Positions 1 to 9,193 of a stretch of DNA of 64,000 nucleotides are shown piece after piece. A program made the translations under genes and the position numbers. This DNA is from Chitinivibrionales bacterium (GTDB lineage: Bacteria; Fibrobacterota; Chitinivibrionia; Chitinivibrionales; WJKA01). The stretch is from NCBI GenBank assembly GCA_038247415.1, contig JBBRUX010000003.1, forward strand, positions 1 to 64,000. The letters are read 5' to 3'. Every line of letters begins with the position of its first letter. The stretch's first letter is position 1. Below the pieces are notes generated by a model. The model searched no databases. It saw only the letters and a program-made list of their open reading frames with translations, and was not told where the DNA came from.

Positions 1-899
1 GTGGAATGCCTATCATTAAAACTATTCGCGAGGCAATGATTGGCAACGATGTCCTATCTGTTAAGACTATTATAAATGGAACGTGCAATTATATTCTGAC
101 CCGCATGTCTGCCGAAGGGGCTTCGTTTGCAGACGTAGTAGCAGATGCACAAAAAAATGGCTATGCCGAAGCTGATCCCGCACTCGATATCGGTGGTGGC
201 GATTCTGGGCACAAGGTTGCCATTATGGCGTCTCTTTTGCATGGGGGATATGTCTCTTATGATCACATTTCTATTGAGGGAATCACTGCAATAACGCAGC
301 AAGACATCGAATTTGCAAAAAACCTCGGGTATACCATAAAACTTCTGGGTGTTATAAATCGCAATGGCAAAGATCCACTCGACGTGCGTGTGCATCCGGC
401 GCTTCTGCCCAATAAGCATATTCTCGCATCGGTATCTAATGTATTTAATGCAGTACTCCTTGAGGGAGACGCTGTTGGCCAAATTCTGCTTTACGGACGT
501 GGAGCTGGGGAATTTCCTACGGCATCTGCAGTATTATCCGATATTATAGATGTTGCACGCAATATTATTGGTGCAAATCCTCATCGCATCCCTATGGATT
601 ACTATTCTGCAAACAATGAGATTCCTCTTTTGTCGGGTGATGAAGTCATATCCCGATTTTATTTCAGGTTCATGGTTGCCGATAAACCTGCGGTGCTTGC
701 TTCCATTGCCCGCGTATTTGGCGATCATGGTATTTCGATTGCATCGGTTCTGCAACAAGAAGGATATTCGCCCGATTGCGTGCCAGTCGTATTTCTAAGT
801 CACGCATCTTCTAAAAAGAAGGTATCTGCTGCGCTTGCAGACATAGAAAAAATGGACTTTGTCAAACAATCTACAACAGTAATTCGGATAGAAGAATAA
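1..899 (+). CDS. hom: Homoserine dehydrogenase with C-terminal ACT domain (5' truncated by window edge)
   Basis: INGTCNYIL, GYAEADPALDIGGGD and YGRGAG..PTASAV motifs; ACT-like DKPAVLASIARVFGDHGISI; immediately upstream of thrC. Confidence 0.95.
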   Translation, partial: GMPIIKTIREAMIGNDVLSVKTIINGTCNYILTRMSAEGASFADVVADAQKNGYAEADPALDIGGGDSGHKVAIMASLLHGGYVSYDHISIEGITAITQQDIEFAKNLGYTIKLLGVINRNGKDPLDVRVHPALLPNKHILASVSNVFNAVLLEGDAVGQILLYGRGAGEFPTASAVLSDIIDVARNIIGANPHRIPMDYYSANNEIPLLSGDEVISRFYFRFMVADKPAVLASIARVFGDHGISIASVLQQEGYSPDCVPVVFLSHASSKKKVSAALADIEKMDFVKQSTTVIRIEE

Positions 900-903
900 G
901 ATC

Positions 904-2256
904 ATGATAAAACCAGTACTCAAAGCATTCGGGGGCCAGACGCAAGTTTCCTATCCCCTCGACGAAATTCGCTATACTGCCAATGATGGCAGATTGCTCG
1001 AAGTTGATAATTTTCTTCCTGTATTGACAAGTAATGAAGTGATGGAGCTTAAACGTACGTTCGATTTGAGAAAGTTTTCGTTTAATCCTGCCGATAAGAG
1101 TGGTGTGTGGAGATATCGGGAATTTTTGCCGGCCTATAAACCATTCGATAATATCGTAACACTTTTTGAAGGAAATACCCCGGTGTATGATATGCCCCTT
1201 TGTGCAACATATGCTGGTCTTGATATGTTGTATGCTAAGCATCAGGGCATGAATCCCACAGGATCTTTTAAAGATAATGGTATGACAACTGCTGTTACCA
1301 TGGCCAAAAAACTGGGCGCAGGCATGGTTGCTTGCGCGTCAACCGGAAATACCTCTGCGTCAATGGCTGCCTATGCAGCGCGCTGCGGTATGCGTAGCGT
1401 GGTATTTATCCCCGATGGCCAAATCGCATATGGTAAATTATCTCAAGCATTAGATTATGGGGCAATTACCGTCCAAATCGATGGCGATTTTGACAAGGCT
1501 ATGAATCTTGTGCAGGAAATTTGCGCCGATGGTTCTGTTTACATGCTCAATTCGATTAATCCTTTTCGTATTGAGGGACAAAAAACCATCATGATCGAGC
1601 TACTGCATCAGCTCGAGTGGAACATTCCCGACTGGATAGTTGTACCCGGTGGCAATTTGGGTAATATTAGTTCTTTTGGCAAAGCATTTAGCGAGCTTAA
1701 GGCATGCGGATTTATCGATAAAATTCCGCGACTTGCGGTGGTACAGGCCCAAGGATCTGCTCCACTCTGGAATAGTATACACAATGGAACTCGTGTTTTG
1801 GTTCCCGTTGATGCTCATACCCGTGCAACTGCAATAAAAATTGGTAACCCTGTGAGTTTTGATAAAGCACTTTTTGCTCTTGATATTTCGGGGGGCGTTG
1901 TAGAAAGTGTTACCGAAGAAGAAATTGCCCTTGCCAAGTCGCGTATTGGAGCCGAAGGCATCGGCTGCGAACCTGCATCGGCAACAACGCTTGCAGGATG
2001 CAAAAAGCTTGTGCAAGCCGGTATCATAAAACCTTCCGAAACGGTGGTGTGTATTCTTACCGGGCACATACTCAAAGACCCCGACTTTACTGTTGAATTT
2101 CATCAGGATGAATTGTTTGCGGATGCAACTCGAACATCTTCTGTGAGCGGGCACAAGCGTATATCAACGGGGGGTTTTGCCAATAAGCCGATCCGTTTAG
2201 CTGCCGATCTCGAGACTATTCGTTCCTATCTGAAAAGTATCGAGTCTCATTCATGA
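904..2256 (+). CDS. thrC: Threonine synthase
   Basis: NPTGSFKD PLP lysine motif, ASTGNTSAS, VPGGNLGN, EPASA. Confidence 0.95.
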   Translation: MIKPVLKAFGGQTQVSYPLDEIRYTANDGRLLEVDNFLPVLTSNEVMELKRTFDLRKFSFNPADKSGVWRYREFLPAYKPFDNIVTLFEGNTPVYDMPLCATYAGLDMLYAKHQGMNPTGSFKDNGMTTAVTMAKKLGAGMVACASTGNTSASMAAYAARCGMRSVVFIPDGQIAYGKLSQALDYGAITVQIDGDFDKAMNLVQEICADGSVYMLNSINPFRIEGQKTIMIELLHQLEWNIPDWIVVPGGNLGNISSFGKAFSELKACGFIDKIPRLAVVQAQGSAPLWNSIHNGTRVLVPVDAHTRATAIKIGNPVSFDKALFALDISGGVVESVTEEEIALAKSRIGAEGIGCEPASATTLAGCKKLVQAGIIKPSETVVCILTGHILKDPDFTVEFHQDELFADATRTSSVSGHKRISTGGFANKPIRLAADLETIRSYLKSIESHS

Positions 2257-3473
2257 GTAATAATAAACCTAAGTATCTTATTATTATTGGCGATGGTATG
2301 GCCGATTTGCCCATTGCTGCATGCGATAATCAAACACCCGTGGCATATGCTAAAACCCCCAATCTCGATTATATTGCTAAAACTGGAATACTTGGGCGTG
2401 CTCAAACTATCCCAACGGGTATGGCTCCGGGAAGCGATGTTGCCAATATGTCGATTTTAGGCTACGATCCTATTAAATACTATAAGGGAATGGGCAGAGC
2501 TTCCATTGAAGCTGCTGCCATGGGGATAAATATTGCTTCGGGAGAATTTGCATTTCGCTGTAATCTGGTAGCTATACAAAATAATACCATGATCGATTAT
2601 TCTGCGGGGCATATCGAAACATCCGATGCTCATGCCATTATTAAGGAATTGGCGACGGCGCTTGGCTCGCACACTCTTCGCTTTTATCCTGGCGTAAGTT
2701 ACCGACATATTGCGGTCTTTACTGGTATCGACGCTCAGGGAATGGATACAATTCCTCCGCACGATATCTCTGGAAAAGAAATTGGCGAATATCTGCCACG
2801 TGGACCAGGCAGCGAAGCTATCCGAAAGATCATGACAGACGCACATGCTATTCTTACACAGTCTCCTACCAATGCTCGTCGTAAAGCCCAAGGGAAACTT
2901 CCCGTTTCCGATATATGGCTGTGGGGTCAAGGGGGCTCTCTGGTATTGCCCAAGCTCAAAGATCAGTATGGGTTAGAGGGTGCAGTGATAACTGCAGTCG
3001 ACCTTGTTCGCGGTATTGGTACTCTTGCAGGCCTCGAAGTTGCAGCAGTGGATGGAGCAACAGGGTACCTCGATACCAATTACCGTGGTAAAGTTGATGC
3101 TGCTCGTAATGCATTGCTTAAAGGAAATTTTGCATATTTACATATCGAAGCACCCGATGAAACCTCGCACGAGGGTGATCTGGGAAAAAAACTTCAGGCA
3201 ATCGAAGATTTCGATCGGCTTGTTGTTGGTCCAAGTCTAGAATTCATGCGGGAAATGCCCATGCTTCGTATTCTTGCAATGCCCGATCATGCTACGCTCT
3301 TGTCTACAAAAACACACGATAGCATGCCGGTTCCTTTTGCTGTGTGCGGGCCCGGGATTAATCATAATGGCGCAGAGGGCTATTCTGAGGCATTGGCACA
3401 CAAGTTTGCCCCTCGTGCTGCACCGGAGCTTTTTGCGGCATTTGTAACCGATACCAATACGAAATTGGTGTAA
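2253..3473 (+). CDS. apgM: ApgM-family cofactor-independent phosphoglycerate mutase-like protein (possible alternative homoserine kinase)
   Basis: GDGMAD, PGSDVAN, HIEAPDETSHEG, PDHAT...TH motifs; ATGA overlap with thrC. Confidence 0.85.
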   Translation: MSNNKPKYLIIIGDGMADLPIAACDNQTPVAYAKTPNLDYIAKTGILGRAQTIPTGMAPGSDVANMSILGYDPIKYYKGMGRASIEAAAMGINIASGEFAFRCNLVAIQNNTMIDYSAGHIETSDAHAIIKELATALGSHTLRFYPGVSYRHIAVFTGIDAQGMDTIPPHDISGKEIGEYLPRGPGSEAIRKIMTDAHAILTQSPTNARRKAQGKLPVSDIWLWGQGGSLVLPKLKDQYGLEGAVITAVDLVRGIGTLAGLEVAAVDGATGYLDTNYRGKVDAARNALLKGNFAYLHIEAPDETSHEGDLGKKLQAIEDFDRLVVGPSLEFMREMPMLRILAMPDHATLLSTKTHDSMPVPFAVCGPGINHNGAEGYSEALAHKFAPRAAPELFAAFVTDTNTKLV

Positions 3474-3483
3474 TAGGGCTCTC

Positions 3484-4929
3484 ATGAGAATCCGGTTCAT
3501 CGAAAAAACCATTACGATTCTTTTTGACATTATAGCAATTAATATTGCTTTTTTAACTGCATTTTATCTTCGCTATAAGAGTGGATTCTTTCCTGAGAGT
3601 TATCATCCCGAGTTGGCTGTTTCGGCATTTTTTATTCCTGCTGTGTGGCTCTGCATTGGATGGCTCTTTGTTTTCTTCTTTACTGGATTGTACCGAGACT
3701 GGTACAAAGAATCCCGCCTTGACGAATTTTTTGTTGTGCTTCGAACAGTTATTTTTGGGCTCTTTTTCCTCCTGCTTATAACGAGCGCAGAAGGCTTGGT
3801 TGCTTTTGCAAAAACAGGAAATCCTGCTTGGATTATAACTCGTACGAAAGTTACTATACTATCAACCTATGGCTTGTGCATGCTCTTTTTTGCAACGGTA
3901 AATAGGTTTACCATGCATACCATTCTTGCCATGTTGTTTGCGCGCGGTATCGCCGCGCAGCGTGTTCTCATTATCGGGGCACACCATTCGGGTTCTCAAT
4001 TGTTAGCCGATTTACAGCGGTATCCGCATATGGGTTACAAGGTCATTGGATTTATAGATGATGATGGCCGTAAAAAAGGTACGCTCGTTGATGGTTTATC
4101 GGTGCTTGGCACCTACTCAGATATTCCTGGAATCGTTTCAGCTTTGCGAGTAGACGGCATGATCGTCTCGCATGTGTCGGCTTCGGCAAATGAAATCTTG
4201 CGCATTACATCGTATACAAGCGATTTGCGTGTGCCTATCTATATGGTTCCTTCGCTTCGCGATGTGATAACAGGGCATCTCAAAACGCATCAGATATTTG
4301 GCATTCCTCTCATGGTTCTTTTAGTAGATCATATGCCTGCCTGGCAGGCACAGGTAAAACGCATACTCGACATTTTTGTTGCGGTAACCCTTCTCATTGT
4401 AAGTGCACCTATTTTAGCGGTTGTTGCTCTGGTTATACGGTTAACATCCGAAGGGGCTGCTGTCTATAGCCAAGAGCGCATTGGCCGTAATGGAAAACCA
4501 TTTATCATTTATAAATTTCGTTCGATGTATATCGATGCCGAAAAACGGAGTGGCCCGCAATGGGCAACAAAAAATGACCCACGCATAACACCCGTTGGCA
4601 GGATTATCCGCACAACACGTCTTGACGAATTTCCACAATTATATAATGTCCTTGTGGGCGAAATGACGCTTGTTGGCCCTCGCCCCGAACGTCAGTTTTT
4701 TATCGACGAACTTAAAAAGGAAATCCCTTGGTATGTGCGGCGCATGAAAATGAAACCCGGCCTCACCGGCTGGGCTCAAGTAAAGCATAAATACGACACC
4801 TCAATCGAAGACGTCAAGCAAAAGCTTATGTACGATCTTTACTACTTCGAAAATATGTCGCTTACCCTCGACCTTAAGATACTTATACTAACCGTATGGG
4901 TGATGTTTACGGGTAAGGGCGCGCATTAG
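3484..4929 (+). CDS. Polyprenyl-phosphate glycosyl-1-phosphate transferase (WcaJ/WbaP-like sugar transferase)
   Basis: N-terminal TM helices, Rossmann-like middle domain, C-terminal [31 protein letters not shown]. Confidence 0.92.
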   Translation: MRIRFIEKTITILFDIIAINIAFLTAFYLRYKSGFFPESYHPELAVSAFFIPAVWLCIGWLFVFFFTGLYRDWYKESRLDEFFVVLRTVIFGLFFLLLITSAEGLVAFAKTGNPAWIITRTKVTILSTYGLCMLFFATVNRFTMHTILAMLFARGIAAQRVLIIGAHHSGSQLLADLQRYPHMGYKVIGFIDDDGRKKGTLVDGLSVLGTYSDIPGIVSALRVDGMIVSHVSASANEILRITSYTSDLRVPIYMVPSLRDVITGHLKTHQIFGIPLMVLLVDHMPAWQAQVKRILDIFVAVTLLIVSAPILAVVALVIRLTSEGAAVYSQERIGRNGKPFIIYKFRSMYIDAEKRSGPQWATKNDPRITPVGRIIRTTRLDEFPQLYNVLVGEMTLVGPRPERQFFIDELKKEIPWYVRRMKMKPGLTGWAQVKHKYDTSIEDVKQKLMYDLYYFENMSLTLDLKILILTVWVMFTGKGAH

Positions 4930-5073
4930 GTCTGGACTTGAGGTTTATTTTTGTTGGATAGCCTCAAGGATAGTTCTTTAGATAGATAGTAATCAAAATT
5001 CCAAGATTGGAAATCTATTATTTGTGCCGCATTCCTCAGTTTGCATTGCCATTTACACCCAGTTTGGAGAGCT

Positions 5074-5161
5074 CCAGGTGCAATGCACCGCAGGGCTTGA
5101 CAGACCGGCTTGCGAAGCAAGAGCACGTAAGAAGGGCCGGCACCGGAGGTAGGCGCTCAGA
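5074..5161. repeat. 88-nt structured dispersed repeat, copy 1
   Basis: 81/88 identical by manual alignment to 35992-36079; short hairpins GGTGC-AAT-GCACC, CTTGC-GAA-GCAAG, ACC-GGA-GGT. Confidence 0.9.
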
Positions 5162-5191
5162 GGATTTATCTTTGGAATTTGCATTTCAGAA

Positions 5192-5560
5192 TCATGGTGG
5201 GGAATACCATGTTCCCTTGCCGATCCCATTTTTTCGGATTAGTTTTTTGTCAGCTAGTTCTTTGAGGTGCTTTTTCACTGTGTTTTTCTCAATGCCTGAT
5301 GATAGTGATCTTTATTTTGTTCAACGATGCTTTCAAGGGAGCAGTATTGGACGTAGTTGTATCCGTTTTGCAAAAGCATAAGCGTTGTAAGAACTCTTGA
5401 CAGTCGCCCATTTCCGTCTTGAAAGGGATGAATGGCCAGAAAGTGCACCACAAAGGCCCCGATAACCATAAGCGGATGATTGTCTTTGGCCTCTAGTGCG
5501 GTGCGATATCATTGTACCAGAGTTTCCATGAGGAATGGGGGTTTCAAACGGTTCAGCCAT
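5192..5560 (-). pseudogene. Fic-family protein remnant
   Basis: HPFQDGNGRLSR Fic motif; frameshift and TGA upstream; internal deletion to a C-terminal wHTH-like tail (TVKKHLKELADKKLIRKNGIGKGTWY) in another frame. Confidence 0.88.
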
Positions 5561-5727
5561 GCTTTCTTAGCTTCAACTTCCTTGATGAAATCTTTCCATG
5601 TTTTAAAACCAGTTGCGTTCTTGCGAGCTTTTTCAATCTCCAATTGTTTCGCGAATTGCTTGCTTATATCACGGCGTCCGTGTTCGACCTGGCAGTTTCT
5701 CAGCGCGTCTTCCAATCTCTTTATTCG

Positions 5728-5889
5728 GAATTGGTGTTTAAAGAAGACAATGTTAAGGTAACTTCTGAACTCAGTAGGCGCAGTGTAAAACTGTTTATAA
5801 AATACGCAGGCAGCAAGGGACTTAAGTATCAAAGAATGATCCGGCATCTTGTTGACAAATATGCTGATAAAGCACTCTCGATACGTTAA
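5728..5889 (+). pseudogene. CopG/RHH-type antitoxin C-terminal fragment
   Basis: ELVFKEDNVKVTSELSRRSVKLFIKYAGSKGLKYQRMIRHLVDKYA resembles BrnA/CopG-like antitoxins; no plausible N-terminus. Confidence 0.65.
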
Positions 5890-6012
5890 ATCAGTTTGAT
5901 ACATGATAGCGGCGCAATTTCGATTCAACCCAGTGTCAAACCCGTCGGTAGCTGCAGGCTCTCGTGGCTAATGTATTGTAACCCTCCAGTATGAACTATT
6001 CCCGCAAAACTT

Positions 6013-6228
6013 CTAAATGCGAATCGTGTCAAGTAAATTCCACAAGCCCTGAGGCAAAGGTATGTAGATATTGTTAAGCCCGAGGAATAAAAGAAGTATT
6101 TCCAGAATAATGAGGATCGTCATGAGCGTTAAGAAATTGGTGTAAAGAAAGATGATCGTGGAGCGGACGCGCTTGTGGCGTCTGCTGATCATGAGAAGGC
6201 GGCCAAATCGGAGGAAAAACTTTTTCAC
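6013..6228 (-). CDS. Small basic membrane protein, hypothetical
   Basis: Basic N-terminus plus one long hydrophobic segment; co-oriented just downstream of the LysM gene. Confidence 0.45.
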   Translation of the reverse strand: MKKFFLRFGRLLMISRRHKRVRSTIIFLYTNFLTLMTILIILEILLLFLGLNNIYIPLPQGLWNLLDTIRI

Positions 6229-6270
6229 GCGCGTATCCGATACAAAAGTATGAGCATACAGTGTTGTGGT

Positions 6271-7437
6271 TTACTTAAAACGAACATGCTTGATTCGTAC
6301 AACGCTATCGTTTGGTTTGAGAGTGTTGCTAAACATTTTTATGATGACAAGCGAGCTTGTTTCATTTTGAACCCGCGCCGCAACTGCTACCATTGATGCA
6401 AAAGATGACGGAATATCATTTTCGCATGGGTATACTGCAAAAACATCGCCGATGGCAATGCCATTGTTGGCACCCTGATCGATAATAAACGTTTGATAAA
6501 GATAAGGCCCTTCGGTTGTTTCTATCCTCATGAAAACGCGCGCGGCTTTTTCTGAACCTGCGTTATCGATGCTTGCTATAATTCTGACAGGTATTGGTTC
6601 TGCGAGGGTAATTCGGTCTTTGCAGCGAATAACATCACTTTGAGAAATGATAGTTCCGTCAACGGATGATCCGTATTTTGCATCGATACGAATTCTGGCT
6701 ATGGGTCGAACAATGTTGGCCGTAATTTCGCGATATTTTACAAAACCATCAGCATGCACAATTTCGGCATATTGACCTACCGTATAATTTGCATCAGGAA
6801 AGAGGGACGCAGATACTTTGTCAAATTGGCGAAATACCTGGGGATCTTTGCATACATCGAGTATGCCATTTCCAGGGAGTACTACTCCTTTGTAATCCTT
6901 GTCAAACCAGATGTATCCGACATTTGCTAAAAACGAGGGAGAGAAAAATCCTTTGGCCGATAGATCTTTGGCCAATTGATGGGCGGTGTAATCTTCCAGA
7001 GGTGACGAAGACCGTGCTGGGGGAGTAGTTGCAGTTTGAGGAACTGCATCGGCAAAGGATGTGTTAGTCGATGAATCTTGATAGGCTAATTGCTGTGGTT
7101 CTGAGGTGCTACTGGAATAATTGATTGTGCTTGATTGTAATGCTGTGCCATTTTCTCCGGGAATTGCAATCTCTTGCCCTGGATACACAAGATTAGGGTT
7201 TCGAATTTGTGGATTGGCATTCCAGATTTTATTCCAAGAAAATGGATTACGCAAGAACCGCATTGCTAAATCCCAGAGCGTATCATCTTTGCGAACGGTA
7301 TATGCGGATTGCGAGCCTGTGATAGCGGGTGCATTAGCCGTGGGGGCGGATTGTTGGCTCCATTCGGAGCTTTCGCGCCATTCTTCGGCCGATAGGGCAC
7401 AACTCATTAGAGAAACGACCAGAATGTTTTTGAACAT
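6271..7437 (-). CDS. Secreted LysM peptidoglycan-binding protein
   Basis: Signal peptide MFKNILVVSLMSCALSA; YTVRKDDTLWDLA...WNANPQIRNPNLVYPGQEI LysM motif; start moved to ATG at 7437. Confidence 0.85.
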   Translation of the reverse strand: MFKNILVVSLMSCALSAEEWRESSEWSQQSAPTANAPAITGSQSAYTVRKDDTLWDLAMRFLRNPFSWNKIWNANPQIRNPNLVYPGQEIAIPGENGTALQSSTINYSSSTSEPQQLAYQDSSTNTSFADAVPQTATTPPARSSSPLEDYTAHQLAKDLSAKGFFSPSFLANVGYIWFDKDYKGVVLPGNGILDVCKDPQVFRQFDKVSASLFPDANYTVGQYAEIVHADGFVKYREITANIVRPIARIRIDAKYGSSVDGTIISQSDVIRCKDRITLAEPIPVRIIASIDNAGSEKAARVFMRIETTEGPYLYQTFIIDQGANNGIAIGDVFAVYPCENDIPSSFASMVAVAARVQNETSSLVIIKMFSNTLKPNDSVVRIKHVRFK

Positions 7438-7587
7438 ATACCGATGTTTCACAGGGCAGTGATCCTTTCGCACGAGGAGAAAATTGAAACACACTATTTC
7501 ATATATAAATATACGATTCAACCAGCAATGCGGCCATAAAGAAGCTCGAGTTCGCAAAAAAACATTTCCAGAACCTATTTTTTCTTC

Positions 7588-8805
7588 ATGAAAAAAGTAT
7601 TATCTCCCATACAAAAGATCAAAGGCGGCGTCACTACTGCAACCGGATTTCTAGCTTCGTCTGTCAAAGCTGGAATTAAAGCTTCTGGCAATCCCGATGT
7701 TGCGCTTGTAGTGAGCGAAAAAAAAGCTAGTGCGGCTGGATGTTTTACAAAAAATGCTGTGCGAGCATCTTCTGTTGACTGGTGCGCTTCGCACCTACCT
7801 TCAAAAGAGATTGTTGCCATCATCTGTAATGCGGGCAATGCAAATGCCTGCACGGGTGCCCAAGGAGTACGCGACACTGCACAGGTGTGTGACCGCGTGG
7901 GGGAGGCGTTGGGTGTTGCTGCAACGCAGGTACTCATGGCCTCAACAGGCGTGATTGGTCACCCACTTCCCGTGCATAAAATCGAAGCAGTTTTGCCCGA
8001 CTTGACAAAAACGGCTTCTTCACGCAAGGGGCATGATTTTGCGACGGCTATCATGACAACCGATACGTGCTCTAAAGAGTCTGCGGTACGTGTTGGCTCT
8101 GGTGCCGGATCGTATGTGCTTGGTGGATGCGTAAAAGGTTCAGGCATGATTCATCCTAATATGGCTACTATGCTTGGTTTTATTACCTCCGATGCAAAAA
8201 TTTCTCCGGCAATTCTAAACGGTATTGTAAAGCGCGTTGTGGATCGCACGTTTAATAATCTCACCGTTGATGGTGACACCTCTACCAATGATATGGTTTT
8301 GGTCCTAGCAAACGGGACTTCAGGCGTTTCTATCGTGGGTAAAGAATCTGTTTCACTCTTTGAAGAAGCACTCTTTATTGTATGTAATGATTTGTGTGCG
8401 CAGATAGCTGCCGATGGTGAAGGAGCAACAAAACGTGTAGAAATTCGGGTCGTTGGGGGAAAAACGTTTGCGGATGCTAAAAAAGCAGCAAAATCTATTG
8501 CAAATTCCCTCCTCGTAAAAACAGCGCTTTTTGGCAATGACCCTAATTGGGGAAGAATTCTATGCGCCATAGGCTATTCCGAAGCGCACTTTTCGGATAC
8601 CAAGATGCTCGTTTCATTATGTGGTATTCCTGTGTGCAAAGGAACTCAGCCAGTGCCATTTCCCGTAGAGCGGATGCGCAAGCTTATGGCTAAAAAACTG
8701 GTAATTATTGATGTGGATCTTGCAGTAGGCGTAGCAGAAGCTATTTCGCAGACCTGCGATTTAACCTATGATTATATCAAAATTAACGCGGAGTATCATA
8801 CGTAA
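7588..8805 (+). CDS. argJ: Bifunctional ornithine acetyltransferase/N-acetylglutamate synthase
   Basis: GNANACTG, KGSGMIHPNMATML autoproteolysis site, DGDTSTND, ADGEGATK, INAEYHT. Confidence 0.96.
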   Translation: MKKVLSPIQKIKGGVTTATGFLASSVKAGIKASGNPDVALVVSEKKASAAGCFTKNAVRASSVDWCASHLPSKEIVAIICNAGNANACTGAQGVRDTAQVCDRVGEALGVAATQVLMASTGVIGHPLPVHKIEAVLPDLTKTASSRKGHDFATAIMTTDTCSKESAVRVGSGAGSYVLGGCVKGSGMIHPNMATMLGFITSDAKISPAILNGIVKRVVDRTFNNLTVDGDTSTNDMVLVLANGTSGVSIVGKESVSLFEEALFIVCNDLCAQIAADGEGATKRVEIRVVGGKTFADAKKAAKSIANSLLVKTALFGNDPNWGRILCAIGYSEAHFSDTKMLVSLCGIPVCKGTQPVPFPVERMRKLMAKKLVIIDVDLAVGVAEAISQTCDLTYDYIKINAEYHT

Positions 8806-8888
8806 GAGGGCAATACCGAGCTTAGATTTGCGTACTCATTTCAGATACTGATTTCATTTGGAATACGTTTATTCTAAAGGGAGGCGTA

Positions 8889-9077
8889 ATGTTTTCTCAT
8901 GCTTATTCAGCTCATGTCGTTAAATCATCTATTACCGGGTCGCTTTTAGGTTCAGGCCGGCAGGATGATTCACACGAAAATACACAGTCTGCTTTACGGG
9001 AGAAGGCGATCCTTGTAAAACTTCAGCGCGAAAAGATTAAATTGATAACACTTTTAAAATCGAGGCCAGATAAATAA
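8889..9077 (+). CDS. Small hypothetical protein (62 aa)
   Basis: GGGAGG RBS just upstream of the ATG; terminator immediately downstream. Confidence 0.5.
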   Translation: MFSHAYSAHVVKSSITGSLLGSGRQDDSHENTQSALREKAILVKLQREKIKLITLLKSRPDK

Positions 9078-9100
9078 GTACCACTAATGATCCTCATTTC

Positions 9101-9137
9101 AAAAAGCCCTTATCGTAATGATAGGGGCCTTTTTTTT
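9101..9137. terminator. Intrinsic terminator, probably bidirectional
   Basis: AAAAA-GCCCTTATC-GTAAT-GATAGGGGC-C-T8 between convergent genes. Confidence 0.8.
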
Positions 9138-9193
9138 GTGCTCAAAGAAGGGTGTTGACCTTGACTGTGTGATATCATTAAGCGAGCCTGCGT

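Noticed and set aside
5074..5161. 88-nt repeat as CRISPR repeat or integron attC
   Set aside because: Only two copies, 31 kb apart, no spacers, and no RYYYAAC/GTTRRRY boxes at the ends
5007..5928. ORF-track calls 5007-5381, 5509-5928 and 5512-5889 as full genes
   Set aside because: They are antisense or chimeric read-throughs of the repeat and gene fragments
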